A DNA stretch of 64,000 nucleotides from Octopus sinensis (taxonomy: Eukaryota), in the NCBI RefSeq assembly GCF_006345805.1, contig NC_043006.1:50964001-51028000 (forward strand), given 5' to 3'. Under the pieces are notes generated by a model. The model was not told the origin of the DNA. It ran no database searches and saw only the letters and a program-made list of their open reading frames with translations. This document shows positions 26,126 through 37,855 of the stretch, piece after piece. Within the stretch, counting starts at the first letter, position 1; each line of letters starts with the position of its first letter. The position numbers and the translations under genes were made by a program.

Positions 26126-27867
26126 ACCATGACCGACCAGGTTATCAGATGTTGCTACACATCGCTGGTCACAATGCGTTTTGCATTGTTTTAGCCTTCA
26201 AATGACGCCACCCCGCTGGCGAAGCTAGCAGGCCAATATATATATAATATATATCATACGCACACATACATACATATATATATATATGAATCAAACTGTT
26301 TTGATCCATACATTAACTCCCAATTAATGTGTTGAGTGCTCTCCTTTCATTTGTCCACTCACCTATATATATATATATATATATATGTATAGAGAGAGAG
26401 AGGTAGTTGGCTGATTGGTTAGTTGGTTGTAGCGATACTGACTATGAATATAAATAATAAGGCTGGTGGAAAATACCTCAAGGGACCACTCTGCATACCA
26501 AATACTTATTTGGTAGACTCTCACAATTTTTATACAGCGAGTTGGAAAACTGAAATCTGAAGAAATTGGTAAATAGGCAAAGGAAACAGAAAAGAAAAAA
26601 AAAAAAAAAACAGAAGCAAGCCAAGGGAGATAATTATTAAACTCGGCTGATACAAATTTTTAGATAATATTGATTTAAAATTTTAGCACAAGGCCAGCAA
26701 GTTCTCAGGGGTGGTAAAAGGATGAATGGCAAAGTCAACCCAAGCAGCATTTGAACTCAATGTAAAGTTAGAAGAAATGTCACTTAGCACAGTAATGATT
26801 CTGCCAGCTCACGTTTTAAATTTTGGGGTAATATCGACAATGTGGATTTCAGTGTATCTGATCTTTGAAACTGACTGGTGAAAGTAAAACCAAACGAATG
26901 AGAGTGTCTCTAAAAATAGCAACCAAACGAATGAGTGTCTCTAAAAATAGCAACCAAATATCCTCAGAACAGAGTAAGAACGTACACATTGGATAATGTA
27001 GTGCTGGATACATTGTCTGAAAGTAAGATTGGATGGTAATGAATGTAACTGTTTGACTGTGCTAACATGAGATTCAACAATAACATAGCAACCTAACAAA
27101 GTTAAATGCCTTACCTTTCCCAAGGACAACAGCTGTGGCAAGATTTGAACTGATGACTACGTTGTCAGTATCTCATCATCTTAATATTTCATATACTAAA
27201 CAGCATTATTAATTAGTAACAGGGTAGTGGATACCTAGGCTCATTAGAACATCAGATAAACTGCCTTGTTGTATTTGTTCTGGTGCTTTATGTTTTGTGT
27301 TCATTTCCTACCGAGGTCGACTTTGACTTTCATCCTTTCATGGTCAACAAAATAAAGTACCTGTCTAGTATTGGGGTTGATGGTAACAACTAATACTCCT
27401 TTGCTGGCTTTGTGCCAAAATTGAAACCATTATTAAGAATTGAAAAAAAGAAAGCGCTAATGAAGCAAATTTTCGAAGTGATTGCTCTACATGTTAGAAA
27501 TAGTAGTAAAATTCCTTTCAAATTCCAGTTTGCCAGCTTAAAAGGATAAGGATGTATTGAATAATGTCTGAAATTACACTACATCTGATGGTCATGGCTG
27601 GAATGCTATTGCTTATAGGTATGTTAGATTCAGACTGATCTGGAACAAAACCACAACAGAAGCAGAGTAGAAAATACTGAATACCTTACTGTTATTTTTA
27701 CAGGATAATTTTTCAAGTCTAAGTGATGCTGAAATGAAAACTCTGGAAACGGATGTTCAGAAGCTTACTTCCAAGTTACAGAACTTACAAAATGAAGTCA
27801 GTTTATTAGAAAAGGGTGAGTAAAGTAAAAGAACAAAAGAAGGCAGAGAATCATATTAGAATGTTGT

Positions 27868-27902
<35 letters not shown>

Positions 27903-30900
27903 CTTATTGTATAGAGTGCCCAAGTACATTTGTTCTGGTGCTTTATGTTTTGTGTTCATCTCCTACCGAGGTCGACTTTGCTTTTCATCCTTTCATGGTC
28001 GACAAAATAAAGTACCTGTCTAGTACTGTGGTTGATAGTAACAACTAATACTCTTTGAAGTTGCTGGTTTTGTGCCCCTCTTCAGAAAAAATAGCCAAAA
28101 GTGCATGAAGAGTTCATACAATAATTCACAGGAAATGGACAATGAGTTATTAAAAAAAAAAAAAATGGTGGTGGTGGGAGGAGCATCAGGTGTACTGCTG
28201 GCGAATTTCTGGAAGCATTGAAGTTTTAAAGGATGTAGCTTCCTGACAGCTAACAACTGATGCAAGTAGTTTAATCCATGCTTCAGCAATTCTGAGTGTG
28301 AAAAAAATTATCCCAAAAGTCATGGGTGTTCTTTGATTTTGTAAGCATGTCCATAAGTGTTAGATTTATGAAATTCAAAAAGGTGCTCATGGTTGTTGTT
28401 TGAAAGATTGTGAGTGTCTCCCAACTCAGTTGCAAAATGTCAGAGCTTTGATGTGTCCATACCCAGGAAGCAAAATGTTCAGAGTATGGAAGATGCCTGA
28501 CAGTGGGTATTCATCTGGTTGCACGTTTCTGAACAGTTTTTCATGAGATTAATATGCTGAGCAAGGTAGGGGTTACTGTTGATGTGGTAACAGGCTGCAC
28601 CACTTCTGTGATTTTGTCCTTGTTCAGCTGTGTTTGTGCAGACCTTAGGCCAGAAGTGTTACAGCCATGGTGACACAACTTTTATTTAAGTGTAATGTAT
28701 CTGGGATAACAAAATCCAGTGTCTTCTTTTAAGACACTAAGGTGTTATTTTTGGGAAATTTGGCTGCTATTTCCAGCAGATTGAGCAACCATATGAAAGC
28801 TTCCTTCTTCACTCTTCAACTGTGTTTTTATTTAGACCCTGATCATCATTTTCAATCAAGCAAACCTAAGATCAAAGGTATTCTAGCCATAATAAATTAC
28901 TATGTCATGGACTACATTGTGTAGTGTGTCCTTCCTTTTCATAACACAGAAGGGTGTAATTTGAAAGAGATTTGGCTGCTATTTCATGCAGATTGAGCAA
29001 TTACATAGAGGCTCTTTTGCTGACTATTCCACTGTTGTTATTGTCATTTAACCCCAGGTCATCCCTGGTCAAGCAGACTTATGATCAACAGTATTCCAAC
29101 TGTTACAACTTGAACTTACGACTATATATTATGTGTCATTCAGTGTATGATGGTTAATTCTGATGAATTCTTTTCCTATCTATAAAACCTGCTGTAAATT
29201 ATTTTGCAACAATGAATGTTTTTTAACCTTTTCATTACCAAACCCAGCTGAAACCGGCTGTAGCTCTGTCGTACAAATGTCTTGTTTTCATAAGTTTTGA
29301 ATTAATATCTTCCACCAAATCTTAGTCACAATTTATGTTCCTAACACTAGCTGAATGATAACTAAGTTATTTTACCGAATTCTTTGTTATATCTAAAGTA
29401 ACTGAAAGAAACACAGAGCGTCTCAAAATAAATACAGTAACAAAAGGGTTAATCCAGTCTTATCTACAGCATGCATTCGGTGTTCTGTTTACATTAGGCT
29501 ATGTCCTGAATTACATATTACTAGAATAGGACTGGTACTTATTGCCAACCATAATGAATTACTGTATCAAGGGACTACATCATCATCATTTAACGTCCGC
29601 TTTCCATGCTAGCATGGGTTGGATGGTTCAACTGGGGTCTGGGAAACCAGAAGGCTGCACCAGGCCCAGTCTGATCTGGCAGTGTTTCTACAGCTGGATG
29701 CCCTTCCTAATGCCAACCAATCTAATATTATGTCCTTCCTTTACATAACACAGTTGGGCATAATTTGAGAGAGATTTGGTTACTATTTTGAGCATCTTAA
29801 ACAACTAAATGAAATCTAAAGATTAGGATGATTGTATCTTAATGCCAGTGGTAATTTATGAAACTGTTGTTTATTATAAGCGTAAACATTTTTATTTTTA
29901 ATTTGCAGAACAGAAACAACTTAGCTGTTCGTTGTCCACTGAAGAAGCTCAGAAACAACTTGAGACTTACACCAAAGATGTAAGTAATACTTATTACTTT
30001 TAAAGTACTACTTGTGCCATGTTTAAAAAAAGCACCCATGCCACGTAAGGGACAATTGTACTGGTGTCATGTAAAAAGCATCCATGCCGGTCCCACGTAT
30101 AAAGCACCCATGTTGGTGCCACATATAAAGCGCCCGTGCTAGTACCTTGTATACTAGTACTGTTACCACATAAAAAGCATCCAGTACACTATGAAATGGT
30201 TGGCATTAGGAAGGACATCCAGCTGTAGAAGACATTCAAAAACAGATCCTGGTGTCACTCTCCAACTGGCTAGCTCCTGTCAAACTGTACAACCCATGCC
30301 AGTATGGAAAACAGGTGTTAAATGATGATATTGATGTTATTAAGACACATTGGCAGGGTTGTTTGAGCATCAAATACAATGTCTTACTGTATTTGTTCTG
30401 AATCTCTACACTCTGAGTTCAAAACCTGTCAAGGTTACCTTTGCCTTTCGTCCTTTTGAGGGTTAATAATAAAGTAACCAATGCAGGACTATGGAGAGAT
30501 AGAATTGTAAGAATGTTGGACTGGACGCTTTGCAATATTTGTTCAGAGTTCAAATCTTATGGTGGTCTACTTGTGCATTAGACTTAATCCAAGACCCAGT
30601 ACCCAGTTTAATACCACTACTTGGCACTTCGGGTGCCTTTAGTAGAATCTACTCTATTGCAAGCTTTCAAGCTAGGTTTCCAATTTGAGGACACCTTCCT
30701 TTCTTATCCTTTCCACAAGTCTCAGAGAAGTAATGGTTGGTGAAAATACTGAATTAAATATCAGGCTCTACTATAAAGTGAGGTCCTTTTACATTCTCAG
30801 CTTAGGTTCTACCATTGTCATCTTTTCATGGGTGGAAAGGTTGTCCTCTTCCTTCCCCTTCTAAATTTGCTTGATCATTTTGCTTTTTTTGTGCTTTTTT

Positions 30901-31428
30901 TTTTGTAGTATATCAATGACTCTATAGCAGTGTTTCTCAGCCTTTTTACCCTTGTGTAACCTTTAAAATAAATTACATGTCTCAAGGAACCCCTGCACAC
31001 AAAAAATTATATACTGTAGCTTTCTCATATTTTTTTCATCGTTGTTCATGTGGTAGTATCATCTCTATATATATAAACAGCAAAATGTCTGCGTGTGTGT
31101 CCTTTATACAACAAATCCACAATTTTTCAGTTAGAGGGCTTGCACTTTCTATGGTCATTCAAAACCATCCAAGGGTGGTCGTGCACATCTTTACATTTCC
31201 CCAGTCACCCCGCAAAGCCATTAAAAAATCAATAGCAGTGACTTTTTTGTGAATTTTCTATCCAAAACCTAATCAAAATGCCCAAAACTTGATAAGCCAA
31301 TTGAATGCCAGCTAGCTATATGTGATTGGTCGGAGATTTGGACAGTACTCACGTGTATGTGCACATGCACGCAGCTGTATATGCATGCACTAGCACTATG
31401 ACCCGGCAACGCCGGGTCATAGTGCTAG

Positions 31429-31465
<37 letters not shown>

Positions 31466-34400
31466 GTTGTTATATTTTTTCGATAACATAATGGGTTAGA
31501 TAGGATGATGTCTGTTTTACCATAACCAATAATATATTGCGCATGTATAGTAATATTACAATCATGAAATTAGCATTGCTTATCTCGCTCTTTCTTACGG
31601 AACCCTAGGGTTCCAGGAAACCCCAGTAAAGAAACACACTGCTCTATAGTCTATTACCAGCAAGGTAAGCTACCACTTAAAAGAGCTCTTCATTTGCCCA
31701 GGTTCCAAATTATGTCTTGTGAAATTACAAGTGTTTCATTGTATGTTTTTGACATTGTTGTCTTGTGAGCAGCTGTAAACAATTTGGAGTGTAGTATTTT
31801 GTGAGGCTTGTAACTAAAATGATCATTGTCATTGTCTTTTCCTTTTGTTACAGAATGGAAAGCTGTCTGAGAAACTAGTCAAATTAAAAGCTGGGAATGC
31901 AATTGTTATCACAAAAGAAGAAAAGGATAAGGTACCTTTTTTCATTATCATTTTGTCATCTTCACCCTTCATATCTTCTGGGTTAATAAATAAATAAATA
32001 CTAGATGTAGATGTTAAGGCACATGGCTCAGTGGTTGGAGCGTTGAGCTTACGATTGTGAGGTTGTGGGTTCGAATCCCGGACCGGGCTGCGTATTGTGT
32101 TCTTGAGCAAGACACTTTATTTCACGTTGCTCCAGTTCACTCAGCTGTAGAAATGAGTTGTGACGTCACAGGTGCCAAGCTGTATCTGCTGTTGCCTTTC
32201 TCTTCGATAATACTGGTGGCATAGAGAGGGGAGGCTGGTATGCTTGGGCGACTGCTGGTCTTCCATAAACAACCTTGCCCGGACTTGTGCCTGGGAAGGT
32301 AACTTTCTAGATGCAATCCCATGGTCAGTCATGACCGAAGGGGGTCTCAACTTGATGTAGGCATAGCAGTGTGGTTAATAAGTTCGTTTTCTTACTACAT
32401 GGTATTCATTTCAATCTCACTGGGTGGCACCTTGGGCAAGTGCCTTCTACTAGAGACCTGGGCCAACCAAAGTTTTGTGAGTGAATATGGTAGACAGACA
32501 GAAGCCTGTCATGTATATGTGTGTGTATGTTTGTGTCTCTTTGTCTCAACATTGCATAGTTTGTAAATGAGTATCAGTCACACAAGCAGTGTCATTCATT
32601 TCCAATATCCTCTGGAAACATGGTTGGCATTGAAGAAATGTTACCTTGCTGGAAACAGGTGAGGGTCAGCATTGAAAATTTGCCTCAGGAAGCTCTCGTT
32701 GACCCATGCAAACATAGAAGAGTGGATGTTAAAAATGATGATGATGATATTCCAGGGTAGCAGCAGCCTGTCAGGATTGATAGCTGGCTGAAGAATGCTT
32801 AAGTAAGCATGATATAAATATATTTCTTTATTGCTCACAGGGAACTAAACACAGAGGGGACAAAGGGCTTAAGTCGGTTACATCGACCCCAGTGCTGGTA
32901 CTTAATTTATCGACCCCAGTGCTGGTACTTAATTTATCGACCCCGAAAGGATGAAAGGCAAAGTCGACCGCGGCAGAATTTGAACTCAGAACGTAACGGC
33001 AGACGAAATACCGCTAAGCATTTCGCCCGGCGTGCTAACAATTCTGCCAGCTAAATACAAGGTCCAACAACTTCATCCAGAGCAGGTATCTCTGAAGTAA
33101 GAATTTGGCTGTAAAAGCAACCTTCATCAAGAAGGTATGGAAGCAGAAAAGACATATAAACAGCAATAGGCATAATGAGTATTCACAAATAAATGATGTA
33201 CATCAATTATCTATATATGCAACTTTCTATGTGAATACATTCCTAGCACCTACATTTTGTTTATCTGTCTTTTCTGCTTGTCAGCCAGACTATTCATCAT
33301 CATCATTTAATGTCCAATGTCCATACTGGCATGAATTGGACGGTTTGACTATTGCTGAGGAGCTGCATCAGAATCCAGTCTGATTTGGCATGCCCTGCCT
33401 TTATAGTGCTTTTATGTGGTACCGTACATGTTATACACTGCTGGTCACAATGCACTTCCCCACTCACATTTTTGTAGATTTTGAATGATTCCACCCTGCT
33501 GGCTAAGTGAGCAGGCCAGCATTCTTCCTGAACAAAGTGCCAATCCATCACAATCATAAGTGCAACACTCTAACCACTTGGCCATATGTCATTGCACACA
33601 CACACATTATCATCGTTTAACATCCGCTTTCCATGCTAGCATGGGTTGGACTATTTGACGGAGGACTGGCGAACAGATGGCTGCACCAGGCTCCATTCTG
33701 ATCTGGCAGAGTTTCTACGGCTGGATGCCCTTCCTAACACCAACCACTCTGAGAGTATAGTGGGTGCTTTTACATGCCACCGGCATGAGGGCCAGTCAGG
33801 TGGTACTGGCAACGGCCACACTCAAGTGGTGTTTTTTATGTGCCACCTGCACAGGGGCCAGTCCAGCGGCACTGGCAATGACCTCGCTCAAATGTTTTTC
33901 ATGTGCCACAGGCCCAAGTGCCAGTAAGGCGACGCTGGTAACGATCACATTTGAATGGTGCTTTTTATGTGCCACCAGCACGGAAGCCAGTCAGCTGCTC
34001 TGGCAGCGATCATGCTCTTAATGCTCCACTGTCACAGGTGCCAGTCATCGAATTTGTGAATTTGATTTAATATATATAAATAATATGGGTGGCTTTTACC
34101 ATTATGAAATCAGCGTATGATTTCAACAGAAATCTTATAAGCTCATAAGGCAAGATGGGTTTAACCCTAGACATAGTGAGAGCCACTGATGAGTGTTAAG
34201 ATTCATTAAGCATCAAAATGCAAAATCATTGGTGATCTGGCTCTATCTGCAACCATAGGGAGCCTGTCACCATTGTCAGCTCATTGTGGCTATTGAGTTG
34301 TTTTGACTCATATTTCTAGCAATACTACTGCTGATTAGTGCCCTTGTTCTCTTTAGCAACGTATATGTATACATATATATATATATATGCTCATTAAATG

Positions 34401-34995
34401 CATCTATCAGTTTTTGGGCGATATGCTGTGCTTGTGAAGACCTGTTAAACCAAGTGAAATTGTAGTCATGGCTGATGCCAGTGCTGTCTGACTGGCACCT
34501 GTGCCGGTGGCACGTAAAAAGTACCATTTGAGCATTGGGCCTCATGGAGACAGTAACAGGTGACCAAAACCCTTGGCAATATACCCAGGTTGTGTTAATC
34601 TGTGAAGCTAAGCAAGACCGTAGTCATGGCCGATGCTACTAGTCTCTCAGAGTGGTTGGCATGAGGAAGGGCATTCAACCGTGGAAATCAGATTGGAACC
34701 TGGTACAGCCACCCTGCCTTAAAAGTTTCCAGTAAAACTGTCCAACCCATGCCAGCATAGGAAGTGGACATTAAACGATGATGATGATGACACATGTTGC
34801 TGCCATGTAATAAGCACTGGTACCGGTGCCACTTAAAAAGCACCTGGTACACTCTGTAGAGTGATTGGCGTTTGGAAGGACATCCAACCATAGAAACCAT
34901 GCCTGAACAAGCAATAAAGCCTGGCCTTAATATCTCTGGCCAAACCATGCCAGCATGGAAATCATATGTTAAATGATGAAGATGACAAATATATA

Positions 34996-35033
<38 letters not shown>

Positions 35034-36933
35034 GCATCCAGCTGTAGAAACACTGCCAGATCTGACTGGCCTGGTGCAGCCTTCGGGCTTGCCAGACCCC
35101 AGTTGAACCGTCCAACCCATGCTAGCATGGAAAGCGGACGTTAAACGATGATGATGATGATATATATATATATATCAAGAACAAATGTAATCTCCATGAC
35201 TCTTTACAAAGCTTGTGAAACTGGAGAAAGGATGAGGGGAAGGTATTCTCAAACCAGAGACCTCACTTGAACATTTGTAATAGAGTGAACTATGCTGAAA
35301 GCACCCGAAGTGTCATGTTGCAGTGTTAAACTAGGAGATGGATTAAGTCTAATAGAACTGAGTTATTTTTAGATATAGGAATCTTCAGAAGGACTTCAAT
35401 GGGTTTTAGGACATCTCCAAATACTTTATATAGAAATAGCATACAATTGTATTAAGAGGTTTCTATGAGTCTAATGCATAACCAACATGAATCAGATTTT
35501 ATGGGAATGTTACCTTGTTATTGGTAGCTCTGCTCAACCAGGACTGACTTGTGATCAAAAATATTCACACAATGACTGTTTTTCTCCAGGGCTACATCAT
35601 TCATCTGTTATTTTTTAAGATGACAAAGTATAGTTTGAGGGACTAATTCTAGCAGATCAAGTAACTAATTGAGGGACTAATTCTAGCAGATCAACTATGT
35701 AGTGTCTCCCTTATTTCATTTACTTTGCTCAGAATGTTATGCTTTAAGTTTCTATCCTCATTTAGATTTACCAAGAAAGACAGAAGTGTGTTAAAGAATG
35801 GAAAAAGAGGAAACGAATGGTAACTTTCTTTTTTCTTTTTAGAAGGGGAGGAGGTGCAGACATGCCTATGTGGTTAAGAATTGTTTTGCAACCATGAGAT
35901 TCTGGAGTTGATCCACTGTGTCTCTCGGGACATAAGTCTTTCTAATCTGGTTAAGAACCTTACTTCATAAATATGTCTCATGTTCAGCCCCGTGGCATTT
36001 ATGTGTAATAATGCCCTCTATATAATATAAATAAATATATTTAAGTGAAAAAATTGATGGATTTTTTTCTCTTATGAGGTTTTTCATGCTAACTACTTAA
36101 TAAATTCTTATGAAGATTTTATCCTATTTTTAAATTGTAAATTTAACCGGAGTATATTCAATACTGAATTTTTATTCCAAATAAGCACATTGTTACCAAA
36201 ATGCAATTCGAAAAAGCCTGCCATTTACATATAAGGGGTAAACATTTCTACATGCTGCATTGGATACGATAGTTGTTCACCTGGTATGTTGTTTTTGTTC
36301 ATTCATTATATATCTTGAATTATGCTTGCACTGAGGAGTGAAAAGTGCATACCACTGCACTGATTACGAAATCACAGTGTGATATGCAGCTGAATTCTGT
36401 TTTTAAATGACTTGCTTCAAGAGTTGGTTGGTACAATATGTTTATTTTAGTAGTTTTGACTTTAAGAGTCCCTCCTAGCGTGTGGCATTTATGTGTAATA
36501 ATGCCCTTTATATAATATAAATAAATATATTTAAGTGAAAAAATTGATGGATTTTTTCTCTTATGAAGTTTTTCACGCTAACTTGATAAATTCTTATGAA
36601 GATTTTATCCTATTTTTAAATTGTAATATATATAATATTTTTTTTCGTAATGAGATAAAAAAAAAAAAACAAGGCTGTAGCCTTGGTTTTTTATCTCATT
36701 ATGAAAAAAAAAATTTTTATATACACACGCTGACATATGACCAACATTGAACCCCTTATTCGCATAATCACCAAACCTGGAACTTAACTATGGTCTATCT
36801 ATAGCACTTATTCAGCATTACCTGACACCTTTGGGCCTCAGTGACACCATTACCTCTCATAACTTATATATATATATATATATATAAAGCACGATTTATT
36901 CGTGATCAAAGTTGTTCAAGAACCAAAGTACTA

Positions 36934-36985
<52 letters not shown>

Positions 36986-37814
36986 GCAAACACACACATG
37001 ATTTTTCCTTCTAAGAAAGTTATGTACAAGCATTTGTGATTGTATGTACTTCTCTTAATCTACTCAAATTTAAGTTCAAATATGGGGCTGATTTTCCCTT
37101 TATTAGATGAGAAATAAAAGTTGCAGTTATATATATTTACTTACGTTCCAGCTTCAATACACAATATAATGCAACTTTTATTGTTGTTATATATACCTAA
37201 ACTCTGTGCTGTGTTCCACTCTTGTATCTGAATAGTTGCAAAATCATTGCTTTTGTATAAATTGTGCAGATTCATCTGGCCTGTATTCGCTGCATTCACA
37301 ACCAAAGCATTCAATTTAGTCTCATATTTGCAACGCTCTCAGCAGCTTATTCATAATTGCAAGTATACAGAGACATGCACAATCATTGATAGACATTTAA
37401 ACTCTTGCCACAAAACACTAACTAGGAGCATAACTTCAATAATCAATTATTTAAACAATATTATTGAGAAAAAAAATCAGATGTTATTGGAAGTTTCGTG
37501 TCTCCACATCCAATATAAAACAACTTAGCACTTGTGTGTGGCTGTGCACATGTGTGTGAAACTGCTTTTTGCTTTTTCCAGAACATTTCCATCAATGAAA
37601 ATCGACCAATGTATTTCTTTCTTTATTGAAGGCCAATGATATTTTAAATGCCATCCTAGAAGGTTACCCCAAAACCAAGAAACATTTATATGTAAGTATT
37701 GATTACTCTCTTAAGATTTTTATCTTTTGATATAGTGATGCACTTAGAACTGATTGCTGTATTCAGAGCTAAAAAGATATATCATTATCATTTTCTCCTT
37801 TCCATTTATATATA

Positions 37815-37855
<41 letters not shown>

